From Vicugna vicugna (taxonomy: Eukaryota): a stretch of DNA of 64,000 nucleotides. The position numbers and the translations under genes are program-made. Positions 35,501-47,500 of the stretch are shown one piece after another. The stretch's first letter is position 1, and the number at the start of each line of letters is the position of its first letter. A model generated the notes under the pieces. It had not been told where the DNA came from, did no database searches, and worked only from the letters and a program-made list of their open reading frames with translations. The DNA is taken from contig MU062317.1 in NCBI GenBank assembly GCA_013265495.1, positions 434,001 to 498,000 on the forward strand. Reading direction: 5' to 3'.

Positions 35501-38500
35501 ATGAGGGTGAGCGTGAGCTGTGGCCAGAGGCCAGGGAGCCGGCTCGCAGGGGCCCTCCCTGCGCCCATACATAGTAACGAGGCCGAGTCGACATTGCCTT
35601 TTTTTCTTTCTTTTTTAAATTATTTTATTTTATTTGGGGGGACAGAGAGGGTAATTAGTTTTCCTCATGTATTTGTTTATTTAGAGACAGGACTGGGGAT
35701 TGAACCCAGGACCTCGTGCATGCTAAGCACACCCTCTACCCCTGAGCTCCACCCCAATGCTGCCCTTCTATTGGGTCTATACTGAGCTTAGGAAGGAACA
35801 GTGACCCTAATATAACTTTTTTCAAAGTCACTCTGTTGTGTAAGTTGTCCTGATCAGATGAGGCTGATGCTTAGTAAAACACCCTGGTTCTGACCAGGTG
35901 AGTCCAGAGCGGCAAGCCCGCGGGTGCAGACCCGGATCGGTAGGTGGGGAGGACGGCGCTGAGCCCTGCAGCCACCCTGTCCTCCTGCAGCCCGAGTCCC
36001 TGCCCTACGACGAGCGGCCTCTGCCCGCGATCCACCAGCAGCCCGGGGTGGCGGCCGTGGAGCTGGAACGGAGTGACAGGGACAGCAGTGAGGCCCCCAG
36101 AGTGGGCGCCGCAGGCGAGCCGGAGCCCTTGACGGAGAAGGCGTTGAGAGAGGCCAGCTCTGCCGTGGACGTGCTGGGCGAGGCCCTGGTAAAGGGGAAG
36201 CCACGTGCACAGGCGCCACCAACCACAGGCCAGAAAGGGGGAGGCGGGCGGGTGGGCGGGCCCTCTGTCCCTGGGGTCCCCCTGCCCTGCATCCTTGCTG
36301 TTCGGGGGTCACGCAAGGCAGCACGTGCGTAAGCCAGACTGAAGGGTTCCTGATGCGCATTCGCTTCAGGCGGGTGTCTGTGCTGCTGGATGCCAGCTCG
36401 CGTGTGGGCACCGCCAGCCCCGGGGCACGATCGCAGAGCAGGACTGGACACGAGGGCGTCACCTGCCTCCAAAGGTCGCTCGTGCTGGAGCCTTTCACAC
36501 ATTCCGTGTTCTGACACGGTCTTAAGTTCTCCGCATTAGGAAGGGTATTTCTCTAAATACACCTACTTAGTTGGCAGAGAAAAGCTACGTCTTCGGTTGA
36601 AACAAAGCAAGGCCGGGGTTGCAGGTGCCAGCTAGGGGGACGTGGCCCGGGCGCCCGCCTGAGGCAGCGGCCCCCACCCCCGCAGGTGGCCGGCGCCTAC
36701 TCCAGGTCGTGGTCACACCGGGAAGGCGCGCTGCTGGCCTTGTATGAACAGCTGTCGGAGACGCCGGTCGGAACCCCGAGGGAGGACTTAAAGAACACAC
36801 TGCGGGCGTCCATCTTCCTCATCAGAAGGGCCATCCGAGACATAGTGACCCCAGTGAGTGCCCCGCCCGCCCTCAGGGACCCCAGCGCCTGCCCAGGAGG
36901 GCAGGGCAGCCCCAGAGGGAGCCTGGCCCCCAGCGCCGTTGTCCCTGGCACGGCGGAGTCACTGGGCACGAGGGTCTCCCGCAGGAAGTGCAGTCAGTGA
37001 GGGGTCTGGGGTCTGTCCCTCTGGGCATGACTCCACTCTTCAGAACCCACGGGTGCACAGGCCTGGTTCCCCGGGGCTGATAAACGTCCCGTTTGTGTTT
37101 GAGTTTCGTAAAGTGTGGGGAGCTGGGGAGGCACTGCTAAGTGTTCCTGACCCCGAAAGAGCCCTGAGTCAGCACCTCACATTACAGGGTGGCCTGCATT
37201 CACACGGGGCTCAGCCACGTGCGCAGAAATGTCAGACACGGGGCCTCCGGGGACCTCACGACACGGGAGAGGGGAGCGTGCGTCTCCCCTGCAGGAAGCG
37301 GGCTCGGACGGCAGCTGAGTTTGCCGTTTCCAGACCGCGTGTTATGTTCAGTATGATGCCCCTGCTTATCGCTACTGGCGAATCCCCTGCGGACTTCGGG
37401 TGGGAGTCAGCGGTCCCGGCTCACCTGTTTTTTATCGCTTTTCCCTTAGGTCTTCCAGGCGTCTCTGAAGTTGTTGAAGATGATCATCACGCAGTATATC
37501 CCCAAACACAAGCTGAGTAAGCTCGAAACCGCTCACTGCGTGGAGAGAACCGTTCCCCTACTGCTCGCGAGAACCGGAGACACTTCTGCCCGCCTGCGGA
37601 GCACGGCGTCCAATTTTATTCAGGTATGAGCTTCACCGTAAAATCGGAAACCGTGAGTGATCCACACACACCCCCAGGGGCTCGGCTTCCTTCACACCTT
37701 GCAGGGTTCTGTCTGCTCAGGACCACGTGATCCTTAGTGACTCCCTGTCACTTAGTCCTACAGAAGGTAAATTTCGCCTTAAACACGATTAAAGTGTACA
37801 GTTTGCTTTTTCTAGTGTTTCTCTTATTCAGTGTAGGCTATTCATATTTTAAATAAGTAAAAATATATGGAAAACTAAATCAGAACAGAGAAATGGGGTA
37901 AAGAGGTAACAGTAAACGTGTAACTGTCTTGATCTAAATATTCTTATTTTTCCAGCAAACACGCCTCCTCTAGCCAGGGCACGGGGAGATGTCGAGATGG
38001 AATTAAATGGCTAAGAGTTTGGGGTACTTTAGTGAATTCGCCTGGTCTAGGAGGTCTTAAGTTAAGTTAAGGTTCATGTCTGGGCTTCAGAAAGCCTGTG
38101 AACCCTTTCACATGTGGCGCACAGTGCTGTGAGCGGCACGTCTTTCTTGGGAAGAAATCCAAGGCATCCGCGGTCTCTCAAGGGGCTCGTCCCTCCAGCA
38201 CGAAGCACCACCGGTCTGGCCTCGTTTCGTGGGTGTAAGTCTTCAGGGAGGACGCGCACGTAGCACCGCTTGGGGTGCTCGTGGGACACGGCGTGGCTTC
38301 GTCTCATCACTTTTGAGCCCCATGAATCTCTGAGACATCGGTGGGGCTGAGGGTCGCCTGCGTGAGCGTCCATGCTTGTCCTGCACCGGCCTCCCCTCGG
38401 CCGACTCCGAGGCCCCGTGTCTGCGGCGCGTGCCTGCCTGCCTGCCTGCGCCGCGGGGAGTTTACCGCTCGCACTGCTCTGAGGGACGCTCTCCCGCCTC

Positions 38501-41500
38501 CCCTCTCACTGTGGTTCAGAGCCACTCTCAGGCTCCGAGAGAGAGCTCACTGTGCCGCCAGACAGGAGGGCACCGCGGCCGGTGCGGCCTGCAGCCCCGT
38601 TGAAGCGGACTGCTTCCTGTGCCACAGCTCATTTTATCCGCGTTTCGTCATGTTTCCAGTCTTTTTCTTTAACATTTTAGCAGTTTTTTCTTTTTCTGTG
38701 TCTGGGTAGTTAAATGATAAAGGACTTAACCATAGAAAGAGACATGTTTCATGTTTGGAGATGTGAAAACTGGGCTGGTACCTGCGCCCCTCACCCACCC
38801 CCAGCACTCCTGGCAGCCCGAGCGGCGGCCCCGTCAGACTCGGGCCCGCGCTCCCTGACCGCCAGGATGGCGGTTCTCACAGCAGAGCTGACTTCTCTCC
38901 GGGCTTTAGAAATCAGAAACTCTTCTTCTTGAGGCTGGGAAAATCCTGAGAAGAGAGATCTTAAGTTTTCAATCACGTTTTCTATGAAGCTTTCATTCAT
39001 CTCCAGGTCATGCAGGTTTTTGTTTCTAGTTGTTATTATGTCTTAAATAGAAACAGGAGCTTAGAAACCAATGGCTTTACTGCCATTTGTCACTGTCCCT
39101 GCTTAGTCCCTGTTGTTTCCTTCCTTGTTTGCTTTGAGCACACACTGAATTGCACTGAGTTGCCTCAGCTTCCTCCAGTGAAAGTGAACAAATTCTGTTG
39201 GTTTTGTAGGAAATGGCCCTGTGTAAGGAGGTCAGGTCTCTCCAGATTATCCCAGCTTACTTGGTCCAGCCGTTAAAAGCCGGCTCTTCCACGCACCTGG
39301 CGATCAGTCAGACGGCCCTGCTGGCCCGGCTGCTGAGGGACCTGGGCGCAGAGGGCGCGGGCTTCACCGTGGACAGCGTGATGAAGGTGAGCGCCCCGAG
39401 CCAGGGCCTGGGCCAGGCGGGCGGGTGGCCTCAGGGACACGCCGGTTCCTCTGAGGGCGCTGGGGTCCCCCCACTGCCGGCGCTGCGCACACTGGGGCGG
39501 GGTGCGTGCCGAGCCCTGTCCCAACAGGAGCAGGTTGTGCAGCTCAGACAGCGCATCACAGCGCGTGTCAGGTCTGCAGGAGGAGACGCAGGTTTTGCGC
39601 TTTGACGACCTAACGGGCCTCAGAAGGTGTAGGGGAGAAATTTCCTGTCAAATCAGAGGTCCCCTAGTCCTGACTCCAGACGTTGCCAGCACAGCTCTGA
39701 GCGTGCGGCCCCGGGCCACATGGATGAGAGGGTCCCGCCGTGTCAGTTCCCGCCGGCCCTGCGTCAGCCCCGCGCCCGTTCCCGCCAGTGGCCGGGGAGG
39801 AGGCAGCTGTGCAGCTGATCCACGTGTGCACGGACTCAGAGCCCGGACTTGGACCTGACATGACTCAGTTGGCAGGAGCACACGGGGCCTGTTAGTACTG
39901 GCCTGTTTCACTCGTAGACACTGGGATAAATAAGCCTCCAGAAGCACCTTCTCCACTCGGCTCCCGGGGCCCCAGGCCTGTCTCCTGCAGCGCCAGCCTC
40001 GCCGTCTCAGCCCCTCGGTGGCTCCGCTCCACATCCCAGCTCCAATGTGAGCGTCTGGGCCCTGGCTGCTCTTTTCTGTACACACGTCCCCATGAGGTCC
40101 CGTCCATGCCGCACCGCCGCTTTACGAGGGCTCCCGACCTGCGGCCTTGGCCTGTCCCCTCCCTGAGCGGCTGGGACTCCTCTCCCGCTGCCCGCTCAGC
40201 GGACTCCTGCCCCTCCATCCGGCTGCAGGAGGTATGCCCAGGACACAGACGTTGGGGTCCACTCCAACCCCTCCCTTTGTCTCAGACCTCCATCAACAAG
40301 TGCCGTGGCTCTTCCTTAATATGTTTCCAGAACCTGACCAGCCACCACTGTGTCTCTTCCTGCTGGTTGTCACAGACTCCTCGGTGGCTTCCACGTCCCT
40401 CTGGGCCCTCAGTCCGTTCCCAGCCAGCTCTCGGAGAGCGCCTGTTAACATGAGGTCGAGCCACACGCTCCCTGGCTTGGCCTCCCGCCTCGCTCACTCT
40501 GGCCGCAGACTGCCAGTTCTCTCCGGAGCTGGACTTGTTCTGCTGTGAAAACACCAAAGGCGGCCAGTCCTCCCCAGATACACCAGTCCCCTGATTATGC
40601 CCGTTCGTCTGTCTCACCACCAGCGCAGTAGCCCTGGCCCACCTTCTCTGTGTGACCCAGTGTCAGCTGTTTGCCCTGTGTGATGTGGATCGCCGTTTTC
40701 CCGGCCTCCACGTTCGGTTTTCCGGTTCCCCACCAGAGACCAGAGCCCGCCCGTGTTCACAGCCCACGTCAGGGTCCCGACAGGAGCCTCGGCTCCAGTC
40801 CTCTGAGCCACAGTGACAGACACGAGCCCTTCGGTGGCAGCTCAGCCTTGTCGCGGCCAGAGCCATCGGCTGCTCTGCTCTGCGCGGGCCTTCAGGGGCT
40901 CGGCCTCCCCCACGTGTGATGTTGCAGCTCCCTACGTGACCGCCCAGGTCCCTGAGGAGAGGAAAGTGACCAGGGTTGTGAGTGGCCATTCCCGCCACAT
41001 TTCTGTTGACCGTGGCGGCCCTCCTCACCGCAGGGGCTGGGAGGAAGACGAGGGGCTGGACTGTGGGGCACGCGGCCCTGTGCTGGTCCACTTGAGTGCA
41101 GCGCCATGCAACCAGACGGAGGGAAAAGGAGACGAATCGGAGTGGGAGGGGGTGAGGGTTTGACAGCAGGAACAAAGCACCCCCTGTAGCTGGCAGATTG
41201 GGCTCTGAGCACACTCGGAGGGGCCAGCTCAGAGCAGAGCAGGGACCAGCCCTCCCCTTAACGAGAGGAGGTCAGCTCTAAGCCACGAGAGGATGGTGGG
41301 GGCTTGAGAGGCGAGAAGGAAGTGGGGGACACTGCCCTGGGCGTCTGAGAAGGGAAAAGGCCCAGGAAACATTACAGGTCAGTTCACCACACGACGCCAG
41401 AACCCCTAGGGTGGCTGCGGCTGCGAGTCCAGTGTGAAACCTGCCAGCACGACCCCCGGCTCTGCAGTCATGCTCTGCTTTGCTGGTGATCACAGGGAAG

Positions 41501-44500
41501 GAGGGAGGGCCCAGACTTGAGGGTGGGCATGTGTGCCGTGCCGGAGGGACTCAGTGACAGGCGTGCGGGGAGGAGGGGCTGCAGACTAGCGAGCTGGAAA
41601 GGGAGGTGTGATCATCGGAGGAGAGGGCGTGGATCCTTAGATCGGAGCCCCTGGAGGTGGGCAGTGGTTAGGGTGACAGGGTCCGGGGTAGGAGCTGAGT
41701 GCATGTGGCAGGTGATGACGTGGGCAGTGAGGAAGCCAGTGCGTGAGGCTGACCCTGGGAGGACCCCCCAGGTCGTGGATTTACCGCAAGAGGAGCTGGC
41801 GGTGCGTTGATAGGTCCGCGTGACACCAAAGTACTTGAAGCAGGAAGAACGGATGAAATGAATCTTGTCCGTGTGCAGATCTCAAAAAAAAGAAGGCTGA
41901 GTCAGAGGCCGTGTCAGGACCATAGCACAGTGGGCCATCTGTCAGATAGAACAGAACGTCTGCGTGCGTACACGCACCCTGCGCACACCCATGTGCACGC
42001 GTGGCAGCCAGTGAGGACATCTGGCGGGTGCAGGCCCCCGAGGAGGAGGAGACAGTGGGCCGGGGGGACCGCAGGGCCCCGCACAGGCGTCTGTGCTCTG
42101 ACTTTTAAACAGATCTGAAGCAAACGTGGCCACCTGGTGACGCCGGGTACTGTGGGTGGCGGAGAGTGAAGTCTGCTGGTTCCCGCTCCTCTGTGGTTGA
42201 AACGTTGGGTGGCATTTAATATGAAGTTTGTGGGAGGATTTAGCTTTGGAAGTGGTAGTTAATGCTTGAAGCAGAAAAAGCAAGACTCTGAGTTGTGCCT
42301 ACAACACGAACTCACCTGCGCATGTAAAGAAAGAAGGTGGGAAGGACTGTATCTTTATGGCCGCAACTCTGTGGGCGCCGCTTTATTTTTCAGATGTTGA
42401 TCGTGTACCCTTGTTTCTTTCATGCTGGAAAAATAAACACGCCATCTTAAGGGTCAGTGACAACAAGGGCCCCCACCCTTATGCTCAGTTTTCAGCACGT
42501 GCCTTGGAGCACAGAGTCCCCGAGGTCCGCGAGGCGGCGGTGCGTCTGATCCTGGGCCTGTACGCGCAGCACCGGGCCGCGGTTCTGGAGCACCTGCCCC
42601 CGCCTGACAGCGCCACCCGCAAGAACGTTCTCTATAAAACCATTTTTGAGGGATTTGCGAAAATCGATGGCCGACCCACAGATGCGGAAATTAGGGTAAG
42701 TTCACCTTCACAGAGTTTGCTCCGATCCCGCACGTAAGAAGTGACTTGCGCATGAGGGAACCGACCCGACGGGAGGCGCCGCGTGTCCGGGAACACACCC
42801 CCCGCAGCGCTCACGCCGGCGCCCACTTCTGCCCGCGAGCAGGAGCGCTGTGGCTGCGGGGGCACCTGCGGGTCCGGCAACAGCGAGCGTCCGTGAGTGA
42901 GGCCTGTTCTGCCGTTCGTCTCAGTGACAGTAACAACGTGTGAGAAACATGACTGACGCGCTGCGACTTGTCTCTCGACTCCTAAGACCACCCTAGGAAT
43001 AAATCAGCTCTAACAGAAAAATAATTCTGTACCAGGCTCAGAAGAGAGTGGCCACAGGAGAAGCGGAAAAGCGGAAGAAGGAGGAGATGACAGCCCTGCA
43101 GGGCCAGGCGGCGGCGCCGAGGGAGCTGCAGGCCCAGGCGCAGGCCCGGGCCGGCCAGGTCAGGGCAACCCCGCGTGTCGGTGTGCTCTCCGTGGGCGCA
43201 CGAGGGCTGTCTTCACTCTCTCTTGCTTGTTGGATTAGTTTGGGGGTGAATACAGGGAACCCTCTAGTAACTCATCTGCACGCCCCTCATCCCCTGGGGT
43301 CTGGGGGGTGAGGGGAGTGGCCATCACTGCTGAGAGAGGGACCTGGGGACTGGAGGGCAGGAGCCCGGGGCGCGGGGTGCAGGGCAATGGCAGGTTTCCT
43401 CCCGGAAGCTCCCCGCCCCCTTCAGAGGCCAAGGAGAAAGGAAGCTTGAACACGAGGGTCTGACTTCCCTGCAGTGAAAAGCAGGCTTTGGACAAACGTT
43501 CCCCCTCCGGAAGCCCTGGGTCCTAGTCCGTGGGGGGTCCGATGGCGTGTGCTCGAGTGCACACGTGTCCCTGCTCAGCTTCCCTGCTTCTAGGGTAGAC
43601 TGGCCTCATCACACTAACTTCTGTGACTCAGCTCCTTAAGTCGACAGTTAGGAGGGGGCAGAAGCTCGGTCGTGCACGAGCGAGTCGGGCCGCCACACTG
43701 AGCGGTGTCTGGGGCAGGCTCGTGGGAAGAGCGCTGACCACCACTTGTTAGAAAGGAGTGAATGGATAAGAGCGGAGAAAAGAGAAATGTGCTGAGTACG
43801 TGTTCAAGTGACAGTGACGTTTCCACTGAACGCTGCGGGTCAGTGACTTTAAAGGAGTGGGAATGGAAGAGGGGAGGCAAGGGGCCCATGGGCTGCGTGG
43901 GGACAGTGTCCAGCGCCCACTGGGCCCCTGTCCCAGCGGGTTCTCACCTCAGGTGGGTGAGTCTCCTTCCCCTTATGGTACAAATGGGGGAACTGAGTAG
44001 AGCACCCAGCAGGTGGTTCAGCCGGACCGTCAGGCTCAGCCCCAGACCTTCTGTCCTTGGCGAGCGCCGGGGACAGTGGAGACCACTCGCGAGGGTGACT
44101 TAGAAAGCCGTCGAGGGTCTTGAACTAATCACCTTCCAGAGGCAGTAACGGGGTCACCTGGCCCTAGGATTTGGGGCGGAGGAGGGCGTGGGAAGCGGAG
44201 GCTGGGTGAAGTGCCTGGACGCGGCATGTGTTCCGAAGTGGACCCTGTGGGGTTGGGAGGGTCCGGACAGGCTAGCCCAGGAGAGGGAGAGAGACGTCCC
44301 AATCTCCCCAAGTTGCAGCCTGAGTAGCTGGGCCACCGAAGGGGCCGTGACCCCCAGAGCAGGCTGTGAGGGGGCGCGGAGGGACGTGGGAGGGTAGTCT
44401 GGTTAAGTGGAGTTTAGGTGACGTTCCACACCCAAGTACGTGCTGGGTGGCACTGAGGGCTGGGGTGACAGCTGAGACGTCTGTGTCATCGGCGCAGAGA

Positions 44501-47500
44501 TGGGTGTCAACTGAGGAACTGGGTGAGAGCTCTGGCAGGGTCTGTACAGACAGGCGGGGGGTGGGGGACTGAGTACAGGGTGCACCAGGGGAGGGGGCTG
44601 CACCCTGGAGCCCAGCTAAGGGACCAGAGGAGAGGCGAGGTGGGGTCATGGCTGCTGGGAGCCCATGGAGATGTCCCATGGGCGGGTGACCTGGAGGACG
44701 CGTACGTGGCCTTGCAGAGCATTTCCATGGAGTCGGGAGACCAGAGCCCCGAGGTGGGGCCAGGGGAGAGCAGGACAGAGGGGGCGGCCGACGTTTGATG
44801 TGGACGACTCTTTCAAAGGGCTGTGTTGTTTCCTGGTATAAGTTCTCCAACAAAACCTAAGGACACGGATCGTGGAGAGACCTGCTCACCGCGGCCCGCT
44901 GTCCCTGACCTCTCTGTTCTTGTGTCTTAGGAGAAAGAAAGTGAAGCTGCCAAGGCGCAGGATCCGGGTACGTGGTGGGCACGCCAGGGGCCTTTGGGTG
45001 GAAACCGCTTTCATTCGTTCAGCAGACGGGTGCGGGAGGCCGGCCGCGCTCGGCCGCTGCAGGGCTGCGTGTCAAACGTGCTGCCCGGCGTCCCTTTATA
45101 CCTCACATCAGCCTGCTTAGTGAAGCTTTGAAAATTGTTTTCTACAAAAAGTTATTTAAATTGCCTTCTTCTTCATTTCTCCAGACACTCCAGAAGGGAA
45201 AGCGGCCCCACCTAGTGCTCCAGAAATCCCAGACAGTCGCTACCTCGATAAGTGAGTACAGGTCTCTGCTCCGCCACAGAACAGTCAGAGGGCTAAGCGG
45301 GAGGATGCTGTCGGGTCAGCGCGCCCCCGCGTGCGTGATGCCCTGTGCCCTCTGGGCCCTCCCTGTCAGCCCTGAAGCTGGGGCAGCTGCCTCTGACACG
45401 GCGGCTGGAATCAGCGAGCGAGCGAGCTCCACTCACAGGAGGCGTCTCGCCTCCCGAGAGCCGCCCCCGGGGCCACAGACACCCACGCGGGGGCCCCTCC
45501 AGCTGCGGGGACAGGGCCACCGAGCTCCTGGTGACGGCGAGGCCGGCTGTGCCTCAGCTCTGGCCTTCCCGTCCTGTTTCAGTTTGTGTATTTTCTGCGG
45601 GGAGAGGAGCGAATCCTTCACAGAAGAAGGCCTGGATCTCCATTACTGGAAGCACTGCCTCATGCTGACGCGATGTGACCACTGCAGACAGGTCAGGCGC
45701 CGGGCACGGCCGGCCCGACCCCGGCGTGAGGCCGGACGCGCGGTTCCCCAAAGGCCGGATCAGCAGCGGCCCAGGTCTTAGTATTTGCAGAGGAAAAGCT
45801 GTGGGGAGGGCAACTGAACATCTGTCGCCCCATTTGGCTTGGGGTTGATTTTTCTGACTTTTTCTGAAGGTGTAAGACACACGTGTAAGTGTCTACAAGT
45901 CACAGGTGCTGAGCTCCTGAACCGTCACTGGACAAACACAGCAGTGTGACAGCCGCCAGGCCAGAACCCCAGGGTCCCCTCCAGAGCCCTCTCTGTCTGG
46001 TTTCTGCGTCTCGCTTCTTGAGCTTTAGGACAGCACGCTTCCTGTCATCCAACGTGTGCGGTGCTTTGCTTTGTCTCATCTGCCGTCTGAATCCAGGGTT
46101 TCCATCCTCCTTCCTGTTTGTGGGACTCGGGTTGTGTCCACATCGAGGCCACTATGAGCAGTGTCGCTGCAGACCTTCTCGGGTGGGTCTGCGGCGCGCG
46201 TCTGATGGCACTTTGCTGGGCACCGCCAACTCGTGGGAGCGCTGGCTGTGCCCGCGTCCCCCAGCCTCGTGCCAGCAGTGCCCCGCACGCCGCGGCCAGC
46301 TGGAGGGCTGCTCCCGCGCGTCTCCTGGGCAGCGAGGTGGCCGGGTGCCCGCGGCCTCTCTGCCCTCCGTGGGAAGCCCTGCTGGGCTCCCGCCCGTTGG
46401 GGGGTTGGGCGGCAGCCTCGGTCTCACTGACGCGTGGTCGCTCTCAGCACGGGGAACGTGCGTGCCGAGCCGCGGGTGCGCCGGGTGCCCCCGCGTCTGG
46501 GCTTCCTTCTGACGTCAGGAGCTTTGCATTTTAACCTCGTCCACCTCGTCAGTCTGCTGTGTGCTCCGTGCTCGCGTGTCCTGTTGAACTTCTCTGCCCC
46601 GCAGCTTTTGTCTCTCCTGGGAGGCAGCCGGCCCCCTTTTGACAGCAGAGGGGCCTGGCAGGGAGGCCCCTTCTCCCCCCTCCTGGGGGCTTGGGCTTGC
46701 AGAGCAGAGTGTGGATGGGCAGCCCCCCCGCCCCCACAGCAGCTACTCCCTGGCTGGCAGTGTAGACGCCCTGCCCCGCGTAGCCCTCCGGCAGCACGTG
46801 TCTTTGGCGGGGAGCTCAGCTCTCAGGCGTGTACGAACCACCCCAAGCAAAGCTGTCAGAGTAGCGAGAGGCTCTCCCAGCATCTTGCTGCACTCCTGTC
46901 TCTGTGACGTGCCCAGAAACGGCAGGGAGCCGGGATGGGACCCCACGGCCACACTCCAGGCCCCTAGGATGGTCGTCAGTAAAACCGTAGCTCCTCGCCC
47001 CCACCCGCCCCAGCAGTGGCCTTTATATGTGGCTGAGGTGGCGTGACGTGCAGGATGTGGGGTCTTTAGCAAAGCGCAGCGAGGACCACAGCAGGAACAG
47101 GTGTGCACGCGTCCCTTCCCTCGTGGCGCTCGTGGGCCGGGGACCCAGGGCGGGGCCGTCACGCTCTCAGCACCGCCTTGTCCCTCCGGGCCCAGGTGGT
47201 GGAGATATGCAGCCTGACGGAGCATTTGCTGACGGAGTGTGACAAGAAGGCCAGCTTCGGGAAGTGTCACCGCTGCAGTGAGGCTGTTGTGAAGGAAGAG
47301 CTGCCCAGACACATCAAAGCCAAAGACTGCAACCGTGAGTCCGGCCCCTGAGCCCCCGGGCGTCTGTGCCAGCGGGGTTGGGGGGCTTGGATCTGTGTCC
47401 GCGGGGCTGCAGGGGTGCACCCGCCGTCCCCGGCCCCGGCCCCGTCTCACAAGAGTAACCAGGTCTCGTCTTCCTGAACTCGTTTCAGCTGCCAAACCCG

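Noticed and set aside
42485-42496. Second AG 7 nt inside CEP104 exon 14
   Set aside because: Out of frame; the upstream AG gives the orthologous FSA.. start and keeps the frame.
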